Of a stretch of DNA of 64,000 nucleotides, positions 42,240 to 54,529 are shown piece after piece. Position numbers and translations under genes: made by a program. Location of the stretch: positions 281,232,001 to 281,296,000 of the forward strand of contig OZ024743.1 in the NCBI GenBank assembly GCA_964016885.1, written 5' to 3'. This DNA is from Eledone cirrhosa (Eukaryota). How positions within the stretch are numbered: position 1 is the stretch's first letter; each line of letters opens with the position of its first letter. Below the pieces are notes generated by a model. The model had not been told where the DNA came from, did no database searches, and saw nothing but the letters and a program-made list of their open reading frames with translations.

Positions 42240-42511
42240 TCATATTCCTTCTACCCTTCCTTTCGATAATTTTCGATTCATTCAATGTTTGTTTACACAC
42301 ACGCACACATATACACACATACATAAGCGCGCGAACAGACACACACACATATACATACATAAACACACACACTCACACACACACTATATATATGATTTCA
42401 TTCGAATGAAACAGTTCTAGTCCAGTAGAAATCATTTCTATATTAAATATTTATACTCTACTCTGTACTGAGTACCTTACTTACTGTGAGATACACATTC
42501 ACGCATACATA

Positions 42512-42714
<203 letters not shown>

Positions 42715-42715
42715 G

Positions 42716-42766
42716 AGCTTCTACAAGACTAGAACTGTTTCATTCGTGAGAAATCATCAGGAAACT
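42716..42766 (-). ncRNA. Type I hammerhead (family D)
   Basis: AGUUUC-CUGAUGA-u UUC ucac GAA u-GAAA CAG..UUG UA^GAAGCU. Confidence 0.7.
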
Positions 42767-42870
42767 GGCTGTCCAAGTAAACCATAATTTGACTTGGTGT
42801 CCTTGAAATATGTATAATGAAATAAATATGGTTTTATAAATATAGTTTCCATTTGTTAATATATCGTATA

Positions 42871-44322
42871 TCATAATCTATAAAGCTCAGTGTGTGGACA
42901 TGCTCCTTTGTTATAGAAATCTACGATATAGAATTTCTTCAATTGAAATTTACAATTCAGTATTCAAAATAGCTTCGATTGCGTCTTGGCACATCTAATT
43001 TTTTCAATTTCACCCACAATTACGCAAAAAATAGATAAAACTCAATATTTTACGATTTTTCTCTCTCATTTAAACTGCTAAACTTTTTCTACTACCATTC
43101 AAAATCTATACAACTTCATACTTTCTGCTACTTTCTCTTTCAAAGCTTGATGGTGATACTGTCCGTTTTACTCTCTCATATCATCTGCTTCCCTCTATCT
43201 ACAACCCACACATTTTGCTACTTTCTCTTTTATACTTGAAACTTACTCATTTATTTACAAACGCATACAAACACACACTCACTTCAAATGATAAAACAAC
43301 ATTTAAAGCAATTAAACAACGTGCGTGATTTATAACCACACTAACTTTTAGTTGCTCAATTATTACATTTCATACGAAACGACAATTATTCAAAAGCAAC
43401 AGATACATTTATTCAACAACAAGCGATAAATCTTTTTTAAAACCTCTCAACGAACGTGGATTCTTACAGACTTTGAGTCGAATGGGTTTGAAATTGTGCA
43501 AATGTATAAACATGGAACATGTGCACACACACAACAACAACAACAATCTGCCTTTTATAGATAATGATAAACAATAATATCCTCTATGAGGTCACTAAAC
43601 CTGCTAGAAACAGCAGCTAACTCTCCCCCATACCACACCCCTCCCTACTGTCTTAAATTTAAAAAACATATCTTCTATGAGGTCACTAAACCTGCTAGAA
43701 ACAGCAGCTAACTCTCCCCCATATCACACCACTCCCTACTGTCTTAAATTTAGAAAACACATATCCTCTATGAGGTTACTAAACCTGCTAGAAACAGCAG
43801 CTAACTCTCCCCCATATCACACCCCTCCCTACTGTCTTAAATTTAGAAAATATATCTTCTATGAGGTCACTAAACCTGCTAGAAACAGCAGCTAACTCTC
43901 CCCCATATCACACCACTCCCTACTGTCTTAAATTTAGAAAACACATATCCTCTATGAGGTCACTAAACCTGCTAGAAACAACAGCTAACTCTCCCTCATA
44001 TCACAACCCTCCCTACTGTCTTAAATTTAGAAAACACAGACAACCATGCAGAACAACTCCATCGCAGCTCTCTTGTTCGGCTGGCATCGTCTACGCGCGT
44101 GTTGCGCAAGTACTGTGAAACAATAAATTTCAACACTTTTTTGCACAGAGATAATATCCATAGGCGAAACTACAATTGTCACTGCTGGCGCAGCTCCTGC
44201 TTCCAGGTCTGCAATTCATTCACCCAGTGCCTGGCAGACAAAAAAGTGCTGCCATAAAATGGGTGGTGCAACCTAACTTTGGTAACTTAATGACCCCGAG
44301 CAACGCCGGGCTTTAATGCTAG
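42871..44322 (+). mobile_element. Putative non-autonomous Helitron; 3' end clear, 5' end tentative
   Basis: 3' hairpin CCCGAGCAACGCCGGG (44295-44310) followed by CTAG|T; candidate 5' end A|TCATAATCTATAAAGC. Confidence 0.55.
43578..44036 (+). repeat. Five-copy tandem of alternating 91/93-bp units
   Basis: CTATGAGG starts at 43584, 43675, 43768, 43859 and 43952. Confidence 0.92.
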
Positions 44323-44499
44323 TATATATATATATGGTAAACTTTTAACTTTAAAACATTCTGTGCGAGGGCGACAATAAATTTTCAATCTGTTATCTAG
44401 TGTGATACCAGCATCGCGATAATATATATATGAGTGTGTGTGTGTGTGTGGGTGTGGGTGTGGGTGTGGGTGTGTGTGGGTGTGGGTGTGTGTGTGTGT

Positions 44500-44554
<55 letters not shown>

Positions 44555-44727
44555 ATATATATATATATAAACCAATGACACGTAGAGGCTCCCATGTTGA
44601 CTCATAGGGTTCCTTATACACTACACTTTCTCTGGTTGTAACAATTAAGTGACTTTTTCCAGCTGCAGTTGCAGACAAAGTTGCTTATCTGTTATGTCTA
44701 CGTCTTGATGTAAAGCTCTTATTGTAT

Positions 44728-44915
44728 TGATGGCGGCGGCGGCGGTGGTGGTGGTGATCGTGGTGGTGGTCGTGGTGGTGGTGGTGGTCGTGGTGGTGGT
44801 GATGGTTGTGGTCGTGGTTTTTGGTGGTTGTCGTGGTGGTGATCGTGGTGATGGTCGTGGTGGTGGTCGTCGTGGTGGTGGTGATGGTGGTGGCTGTCGT
44901 CGTCACAGTGGTAGT
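44728..44915 (+). repeat. (GGT/GTC)n trinucleotide low-complexity tract
   Basis: Degenerate GTG-rich triplets. Confidence 0.85.
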
Positions 44916-45311
44916 GCGGGGAGGGTCGGGGGTCGGATGATTGTTCACCTGGAGATTGAGACAACAACTAACACACTAAACTTCTGTTGTTAACACGAGC
45001 ACAAAATGGAACAATGCAGAACAATGTGGGACAGTGTGAAACACTACAGAATACTATAGAAGCATGTAGGACAATAGAGAACAACTGTCAACAGAAGTAA
45101 AATCTCCTACAACGGTTTTAATCTTGTTATGTTTTCAGAAAGCTAAGTATTAGTACATGTGTTTAAGTTCTTTGCTTACACTCTTTGCTTTTATTTATTC
45201 CTTCTTATTTTTTCGTTCTTTCTTTCTCTTTCTCTTATCATCTCGTTCACTCTCCCTTTCTTCTTCGCTTCACCTCTATGCATATGTATATATATATAAT
45301 TGGATATATAT

Positions 45312-45727
45312 ATATAATTGGATATATGAGAGGGATGAACAGAGATATTGCAAATGACCAAGTTAGCTAGGTTGAAAAATACTAATTTAAAACAATATGG
45401 TTTGCCTGACTCGATTTAACATAATAAATCAATAAAAATAACAAACCTATATCGGGCAAATAGCCTATGATACCCGGACAGACATGAATCTGTTCGCAAG
45501 AATTATTGAGTGAAAGCTAGAATTTCTGTGCTCTACAGCGGGAATCCAGGAAAATTCGTACCTTTCACTCAAAGGATCTAAGAAGACTGAACGATGCGCG
45601 GGTATAAATGCACATCAAACCATATTGTTTTAAATTAGTATTTTTCAACCTAGCTAACTTGGTCATTTGCAATTGGAACACATGTATAGTTATATCTGTG
45701 TTCACCCCTCTCATATATACAATTATA
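45312..45727. mobile_element. Fold-back element with a nested internal hairpin
   Basis: TTGCAAATGACCAAG...AATATGGTTTG mirrored at 45616-45672; inner TTGAGTGAAAG (45506-45516) / CTTTCACTCAA (45562-45572). Confidence 0.75.
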
Positions 45728-45820
45728 TTACACGGCTCGGAAAGATTCCCTTCTTTGAGCTATTTAATTGTAAAAGACTATTTTGAGTTTTTAACTCAAT
45801 CTATGATATATATATATATA

Positions 45821-46322
<502 letters not shown>

Positions 46323-46392
46323 CAAAAACAACAACAACGCAGGAGTACAAGTTACAAATGGTATTAGGTTCACGCTTAGTGAAAGTGGTGTG

Positions 46393-46433
<41 letters not shown>

Positions 46434-46520
46434 GTAAATGGTAAACAGAAATAACAACACAATCGTTACAGTATATGGAAGGGATATATTAGGTTAACGC
46501 TTGACATAGCAGGAAGAGGG

Positions 46521-46556
46521 TCTTAACGTTTCGGACGCTAGTCCTTCATCAGAAGA
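46521..46556 (-). ncRNA. Classical minimal PLE-type hammerhead
   Basis: UCUU-CUGAUGA-a GGAC uagc GUCC-GAAA CG UU^AAGA. Confidence 0.8.
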
Positions 46557-46752
46557 AAGAATGAGAAATAAAATAGATTGAGGGGACGGGTAGGTTGGAA
46601 TTGCAAAAAATGACTTTAGATAAAAATAACAGGTCCATTCATGTTGACATTTCTTGCAAAATGATTTATTTTTTAGAAAAGTGGATGATGGAGCGCGTCT
46701 ACCTGAAATGGGGAAAAAGCCGTTTTGTAAAAAGATATACATACATAATACA

Positions 46753-46794
46753 CCGAGCTGATGATCCGTCTGAGGTGAAACAAATTGTTCTCGG
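46753..46794 (+). ncRNA. Minimal hammerhead
   Basis: CCGAG-CUGAUGA-u CC..GG u-GAAA CAAAUUG UU^CUCGG. Confidence 0.75.
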
Positions 46795-47280
46795 AAATGG
46801 TTAATTAACTGTTGTGGAACTACTTATATATATATATATATAACGGTCGGAGCTCAGCCGTCGGGGTCCTGACTCTTTTCCTATTAGCCACTGTACTACA
46901 CTAAGTATCGAGTACTCTGGTGCATTATGGTCCACCTGGTATCTTACCACACCTTCTTTGTTATAAATATATATATATATATATATTAATAAAAGGAATT
47001 CCAACTTTGTCTGATTTACTCGTTTTATTTATAATGGTATTAGAATGAAATTTATAATGGTATTAGAATGAAATAGTATGGTAGAATATTAAATGTTAAG
47101 TGTTAATTGAACAAGTACTTTCATGCTTTCGCAATCTTCAGGTTCATAATGTGTGGTGACAGTCAAGTTTGCAATTTTCAATATATTTATATATATATAT
47201 ATATTCTTTTTTTTTATTTATTTATATATATATTCATGCATATATATATATGTGTGTGTGTGAGAGAGAGAGAGAGAGAG

Positions 47281-47325
<45 letters not shown>

Positions 47326-47633
47326 GGAGAGAGAGGGGGAGAGAGAGGGGTATATACCGAAGTAGAGTTTAAATATTCTTTATTATGGCAAAGTGGATGA
47401 AACTCGTCTATTAAGACTCATCACTTAGCAATGATAAAGAATGTGTGTATGTGTGTGTGGGGGGTGTATGCGTGTGTGTGTGTGTGCATGTAAGCGTGTG
47501 TGCGTGTGTATTGTATTGTTTAACTAGATATTCTTGGGGACTTCATTCTTGTTAACAACGTAAAGGAAGAGAAATAACATCAGACCGAAACTTGAACCGG
47601 CGTTTGCCAAATCTGCTTACCTCGTTGGTTAAT

Positions 47634-48240
47634 AATGATTTCTAATTTAGGCACAATGCCAGCAATTTTGGGTGTAGGGAAAGTCGATTATATCGATCAG
47701 AGTACTTGACTGATACTTTAATTTATCGGCCTCTGAAGGATGAAAAGCAACGTTAACATCGACGAGATTAGAACTCGGAAAAAAATACTACTAATCATTT
47801 GTTCCACGCTCATGCACCTCTGCCAATGCACCGTCATGCATCATATGTTAATAATAATAATAATTGTTTCTACATTTGGCACAAGGCCAGCAATTATCCC
47901 AGTGCATTACTGGTACTTTATTTTAGTGACCCCGTAAGGTAGAAAAGCAAAGTTAACCTTGGCGGAATTTGAACTCAGACCCTCTACCGATACTGCCAAT
48001 GATGATGATGATGTTGATGAGGATGATGAGGATGATGGTGATTTCTTCGATCCATGCATAAGGCCAGCAATGTGTAGACAGAGGAAGAAATCGATTAAAT
48101 AAAACCTAGTACTATATTTTGTCGACCTCGAAAGGATGAAATATAAAATTAACCTCGGCTAGATATGAACTCACAACGTAAACACCCAGAACAAACATTA
48201 CAATACATTTTGTTTGATCTTCTCGGAATTCTGTCAATTC
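47634..48240 (-). mobile_element. Cluster of three same-strand SINE copies of different ages
   Basis: Core and tail motifs at about 47636-47830, 47863-48000 and 48040-48240. Confidence 0.75.
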
Positions 48241-48260
48241 ATCGATGACAAAAATATCTA

Positions 48261-48479
48261 TGACTCCGGCAAATTATTGTGAGAGAAACTGTCGAGTGGT
48301 TCGATCCTCATGATTGTGAAGCCATGCATGCTTATATTTCAACTTGCCAATGAAAAATGCATACGTGAATCAGAAACATAGACATACACAAACATATTTC
48401 GCAATGCCAAGACTAAATAAGCGCGGGGTTCCCAATCACAAGGATCAACCCACACGAATACAATAATTTGCCGTAGTCA
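48261..48479. mobile_element. Palindromic MITE flanked by TA
   Basis: TA|TGACTCCGGCAAATTATTG ... CAATAATTTGCCGTAGTCA|TA, with further internal symmetry. Confidence 0.75.
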
Positions 48480-48641
48480 TAACTATATATATATGGGGAG
48501 GGGTGAGTCCCGGATTCAATAAGGGGTAACCAATACATTAATAGAGTGTAAACACTGTTTAATTCAGAAATGATTCCTACGGGACTAGAACTGTTTCATT
48601 TTAAAAAAAAACAGTTCTAGAAGCCATGTCTACATTAAACA

Positions 48642-48707
<66 letters not shown>

Positions 48708-49107
48708 TGGTAATAAGCTAGTAATACATTACTGCCTACCACTATTTAGGGTTTGTATAAAAAATACATATAACTGCTAAAGGTTTTTGTATTTTCATAA
48801 CCATAAATAGTACAATTAATACTATATATATATATATATATATATATCAAAAGTATATATTGAGTTAGAAACTGAAAATAGTCTCTTACAATAAAATAGC
48901 TCTAGGAAAAAGATTTTTCCGAGCCGTATATTATAATTGAATATAAAAGAAAGATAAACACAGATATATACATATATAAACCTGGCTGCTATTTTTAGTG
49001 GTGTGAGTTTGTGAGACACGCTAAGTTCCGATACCATGTGCGTTATTATATATACGCACACTATTTAGTTTTATGATATACTTAGAAGTGACCAGGATAC
49101 TAAAGTT

Positions 49108-49187
49108 TCACCCACTGACGAGAAAGAATTGGTATTCCTCTTCACAATTAATATGCGAAACAGCATAGCCCAACACTGTCTGGGTGA
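49108..49187 (+). ncRNA. Type I hammerhead with decayed stem II
   Basis: UCACCCA-CUGACGA-G..C-GAAA CAG..CUG UC^UGGGUGA; 7-bp stem I. Confidence 0.7.
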
Positions 49188-49356
49188 TTGGTAGTTACCA
49201 CAATTCCGGTTTGTATTTATTTTCTTGATTTATTCTTAAATTGAGTCTGGCAAACCCGATTGTCCATAGTTAGTATTTTTTTCACCTTGGCGAATCTGGT
49301 TACGATTTGAACACATATATGTATATATATATGTGTTTATCTTTCTTTTATATTCA

Positions 49357-49416
<60 letters not shown>

Positions 49417-49667
49417 GCATCTAATATATTATATCATAGTTCTGTCTCTTCTATTCTTATGATATATGTATCTTTCTTTGATATATATATATATTTCGTT
49501 TCTGAATTTGTTTAGCGAGATTCTTTATCTGAAAACGTGTGTTGTAACCGATATTGTTCTAGTTTGGGAGGGTCATGTTGCCAATAAGAAACACACGCAC
49601 CAGTTGCGTTCACTTCAATTTATTATAATAAATTTATAAATTTAGGAATTCATGGAAATGCGTAGAA

Positions 49668-51142
49668 ATGATCAGTGAGAGCAATGTTGAGTTCCGTGGG
49701 ATTGATACCAGTGAGCTGGGACTCCTACTTAAACTTACCTATAGTAATAATTATCTAGACACATATGACCTTAGCAACCTGTGCCCTACAAGACCAGCAA
49801 GAGGCAGACCACCTACCATTACCTCAATGGCCAAGAAAACCCACACAGATAGATGGAACGGGTGGACAAGAGCCATACGAACCCCCGAAAACCACGATGA
49901 ACTTAAGAAAATGATTGCACATGCGGTGGGGGTCAGCATATAATTAACCCTTAAGGAACATATGTTCAAATTTAATGGAAAAACATATGCCCAAGAGGAG
50001 GGAGCAGCCATTGGGGTTAGCATTGCAGGCGACATAGCTAACTTATTCATGGTATGGTGGGATAGTAGACTTAAACTTAAACTTAAAGAACAATTAGAAG
50101 ACCGCTTAACCCTGATAATGTACTCCCACTACGTTGATGATATAAACATCGTAGTTAAAACACCCCCACTAGAGAACAGTCAGGAAGTAGAGAAAAACAC
50201 AATGGAAAGCATCCAGCAAATAGCTAACTCCATCCACCAGAGTATTAGAGTTACTATAGACTACCCAAGCAAACACCCCAACCATCGATTACCTGTACTA
50301 GACACAGAGCTCTGGTTAGATACCATTAATAACAAAAAACAAATCCTCCATTCCCATTATGCCAAACCCATGACGTCCAAATATCTGATCCACCGAAACT
50401 CAGCTGTTTCGGACCATACCAAAATCAACATACTGATTGCGGATTTGGTACGGGTGATGAGAAACGTGTCCCGCATGTGCAACCCCGAAGAACTAGAGAG
50501 ACACATACAACACTTCATCCACCGTATGCAGTTCTCTGGTTACAATCAGAGAGATAAAATCAGAGTGTATAGAGGAGCCAGAACCAAATGGGAAAAAATG
50601 GTAAATAATGACACAAATGAGACCTGCCCCTTGTATAGGAGCAAATTTTGGAATAGAATAGAAAGAACTAGGAATAAGGCTAATAGAATAAACTCATGGT
50701 ATGATAGCAATAAATACCAGAGTGTAATGTTCATCGATACAACCCCTAGAGGTGAATTAGCTTACAAATTTAGAAGGGCCCTAGATAAACATAAACTCAA
50801 TATTAAGATAGTAGAAAGACCAGGTATTTCCATAAAAACACTTATTAACAAGACATACCCTTTTCAAAGACCCCCCTGTATAGATAAGAAATGTATAACC
50901 TGTAAATTGAGCCCCCATATTAACTGTAAAACTAGAAATGTAGTATATAGCATAAGATGTACTGAAGGACAATGTAGAGACAAAAATATAGTGTACATAG
51001 GTGAGACAGCTCGTAGTGTAGGGGAACGGATAAATGAACACTGGCGAGACCTTCAAGATAGTAAAGAATCATCTGTACTCTACCAACATGCTAAAATAGA
51101 ACATAAGGGTAAATTAGAGAACATAGAAATAAAAATAGAATC
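49668..51142 (+). pseudogene. PLE reverse transcriptase plus GIY-YIG endonuclease (one in-frame stop, 3' truncated)
   Basis: Y.QEEGAAIG..IANLFM, YVDD, LPVLD, HYAKPM, SGY, C..C..C..NVVYSIRC..YIGETARS..ER..EH. Confidence 0.93.
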
Positions 51143-52609
51143 CGTGTTGGTGGTCCCGTGACAGGGTCACTGCCCGTTTTATGGTCTTTTCGAAGCCCAT
51201 ACAACGCTGGCACGTCATTGTTCCAGGCCTGGAAGTTGTTGGCAATCCTTTTGTTGGGCTGCATTATATTTGTCCACTTCACCATATGGGCATTGAGGGC
51301 TTTTTCTTTATCCTCATGCTCTTGTGGTGTTACTTCTCTTGTGTTAGTGATGTGGGGTTGCATTGCCTGGATGTAGTTTGGCAGACTGTCAACCGATATT
51401 CTGCCAGACTTGTCTGTTGGAAAGCATGCTATCTCTCCATTACGCGAGCGCTGCATGAGCTTACGCAAGCCATTTGCAGATTTTTCTCCCAGTTGCTGGG
51501 CCTCCATTCTATTATGCTTCTTGCTATACTGTTCTATAATATTTCTAAGTTTAGATCTAGCTATACTAAATTGTGCTTCTGTTTGTTCATCGACCTGCGA
51601 CGGTAATTGCATGCGTTTGTTAAAAGCTAAAGTCGTGACGTGGACTTGTCGCAGGTCGAACGACTTATCGGAGGGATTATAAAAAGTAGAGTTCCAGGCT
51701 GCTGCTTTATGTGTACTAGTGCTATTGTTATTGTTAGTTGTGTTGTTTCTATTTCTATTTCCACCAACAGCCTCATGGTTGTTTCTATGTCTTTCATTAT
51801 TACTCCTGTCTCTTTCCTCTGGCTCATTGTTATTATCTACTCTATTTTGTGTGATTGTGTGTTCGTCTTGGTTATTTTCTCTGTCCATAGTCTCCCTTCT
51901 CCTTTCAATCCTATTACCTTCCCTTATTTCTGTGCTACTGCCATTACCTGTTTTCTGTGTCTGTGTGTTTGTTAAGATTGTGGTGAGAGGCATTGAACGT
52001 GTGTGCGTTGTTGTTGTTGTTGTTGTTGTTGTTGATGTGTGCTGTTGTTGATGTGTGTTGTTGTTGTTGTCTCCGTGTGTGTTATTATTGTTGTGTGTGT
52101 TGTTATTGTTGTTTGTGTCTGCGTGTCTGTTGTTGTTATTTCTGAGTATGTTATTATTGTTGATGTATGTGTTGTTGTTATTTTTGTTTGTGTCTGTGTG
52201 TCTGTTGTTGTTGGGATGTGTGTTGTATATGTGTGTGCGTATGTTGTTACTTTTGTTTTTTGTTTTTAAGGCTCCAACTTAATTTTGTAAATGATTTTTC
52301 TATTTCTGACAAACAACTAATCATATTTACCTTATTGAATGTCGCATACTTAGGTGGCAGTTGTAATACAGATAATTCATCAGAGTCAACCGTGGTGTTG
52401 CCGTATATATTTGTGTTGTTGTTGTTGAACTCATCTGTTAATGAGATGTCGGCCATATTTATACCGTCAATTTTGTCGGGATATCTATTGGTATTCTCTA
52501 AAGTATCTTGATTTACTTTTATCTGTTTAAGCCACTTTAGTTTCTTGTTAAAGTGCTTATCACATTCTTGAACAATGTACTGTTCTTCAGGACGTATAAG
52601 GTTTATTTT
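51143..52609 (-). pseudogene. PLE ORF N-terminal half with a low-complexity expansion
   Basis: ELSVLQLPPKYA, PTDKSGRISV and PALYGLRKDHK..GPPTR (RT start) on the minus strand. Confidence 0.85.
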
Positions 52610-53459
52610 GGACCATACCAAAATCAACATACTGATTGCGGATTTGGTACGGGTGATGAGAAACGTGTCCCGCATGTGCAACCCCGAAGAACTAGAGAGA
52701 CACATACAACACTTCATCCACCGTATGTAGTTCTCTGGTTACAATCAGAGAGATAAAATCAGAGTGTATAGAGGAGCCAGAACCAAATAGGAAAAAATGG
52801 TAAATAGTGACACAAATGGGACCTGCCCCTTGTATAGGAGCAAATTTTGGAATAGAATAGAAAGAACTAGGAATAAGGCTAATAGAATAAACTCATGGTA
52901 TGATAGCAATAAATACCAGAGTGTAATGTTCATCGATACAACCCCTAGATGTGAATTAGCTTACAAATTTAGAAGGGCCCTAGATAAACATAAACTCAAT
53001 ATTAAGATAGTAGAAAGACCAGGTACCTCCATAAAAACACTTATTAGCAAGACATACCCTTTTCAAAGACCCCTCTGTATACATAAGAAATGTATAACCT
53101 GTAAATTAAGCCCCCATATTAACTGTAAAACTAGAAATGTAGTATATAGCATAAGATGTACTGAAGGACAATGTAGAGACAAAAATATAGTGTACATAGG
53201 TGAGACAGCTCGTAGTATAGGGGAACGGATAAATGAACACTGGCGAGACCTTCAAGATAGTAATGAATCATCTGTACTCTACCAACATGCTAAAATAGAA
53301 CATAAGGGTAAATTAGAGAACATAGAAATAAAAATAGAATCTACACACAGAAAAGACGCAATGTTTAGACAAATCACAGAGGCAATAAACATAAAAGAAT
53401 TACAACCAAAATTAAATAGAAAACATGAGTGGAACAGCAACATCACAACTTACAATTAA
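52610..53459 (+). pseudogene. Duplicated PLE thumb plus complete GIY-YIG C-terminus
   Basis: Near-identical to 50411-51142 (offset 2199); continues RQITEAINI..LNRKHEW; two nonsense changes before 52797. Confidence 0.9.
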
Positions 53460-53660
53460 GGACAAAATGAAAACACACACGCACATAGAACAAACAACCA
53501 ACCCGTAACATGTAAATAAACAAATAAATAAACGAATATAAACACACACAGACACCCGGATGTGGCGCATGCGCAGACTGAGCACACAACACACACACAG
53601 AAACAAGATGGCGTAGGACAGAACAAAGGAGAGGCACAAAAACAAAGAAAAGAATCCCCA

Positions 53661-53703
53661 GTCACTGAAAAGGTCACAGAATGTGTGACGAAAGAACTTT
53701 GAC
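53661..53703 (+). ncRNA. Variant hammerhead in the PLE 3'UTR
   Basis: GUCA-CUGAAAA-g GUCACA gaaug UGUGAC-GAAA GAAC UU^UGAC; C3-A8 mismatch. Confidence 0.6.
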
Positions 53704-53853
53704 AATATATAAACAACCATCTCGTTGTGGAACCAACCAGCCAACCGGAAATTTATAAATTCCTAAATTTATAAATTTATTATAATAAATTGAAGTGAAA
53801 GCAACTGGTGCGTGTGTTTCTTATTGGCAACATGACCCTCCCAAAGTATAACA

Positions 53854-53917
<64 letters not shown>

Positions 53918-54069
53918 AGGGAGTGTAACTTGGAATTCCTGTAGGTTCACCCGGGTGAGCGCTCGATGTTTAGGTTCACCTCTGTGTCGAGGTGTAGTGC
54001 TATACAGAGTGTATTATATTGAAAAGATAACAAGGACAATTGATTACTCCTTCATTACATTTATTGGTT

Positions 54070-54154
54070 GGTGACGCGCGTTTCGCCACTGATCAGTTCA
54101 ACGTTTGATCTATATCGATCTTACCCGACTCTGTAATCTGTGGCTCGTCAGACC
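54070..54154 (-). ncRNA. Type I hammerhead
   Basis: GGU-CUGACGA-GCCAC...GUGGC-GAAA CGCGCG UC^ACC. Confidence 0.8.
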
Positions 54155-54529
54155 CCTTGTAATGGTAGCAGAAAATGAATACATGCTATATGATAAAGTC
54201 AGAAGTTCATATGTTGGTCAATAAAGTTTGTTTTGATTGGTGGATTGGTTCATAGCGATGTTTTGCCTGTAGTATATGTGTGGGGTGGATGTGGTGATAA
54301 GATGGTGGTGTGATGATTGTCACCAACACATTCATCACACCACTATAACCACTATTACCACAAACAACAACACCACACCCACACCACACACAAAAATCAG
54401 CCTCAACTACATGCCAATCTGTCTACCGACAACCAGCACCCCACACCACCGCCCACTTCAGCCTGCGACCGTCACCACCATCTTATCACCACATCCACAC
54501 CCACCCACCCCCCACCCACCCCCACATAC

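Larger units (their letters stand above)
49563..53854. mobile_element. Rearranged Penelope-like retroelement (four segments, alternating strands)
   Basis: Inverted 3' end 49563-49650; + RT/EN 49655-51142; - N-terminal region 51143-52609; + thumb/EN/3'UTR 52610-53854. Confidence 0.93.

Noticed and set aside
43578-44036. CRISPR-like periodicity
   Set aside because: Whole units repeat with no unique spacers; eukaryotic context and no cas genes
44719-44993. His/Pro/Val-rich ORFs as a host exon
   Set aside because: Trinucleotide low-complexity tract open in multiple frames
47395-47435. GTGATGA-GTCT/AGAC hairpin on the minus strand (related sequence near 6600)
   Set aside because: G at position 3 and no GAAA after the hairpin
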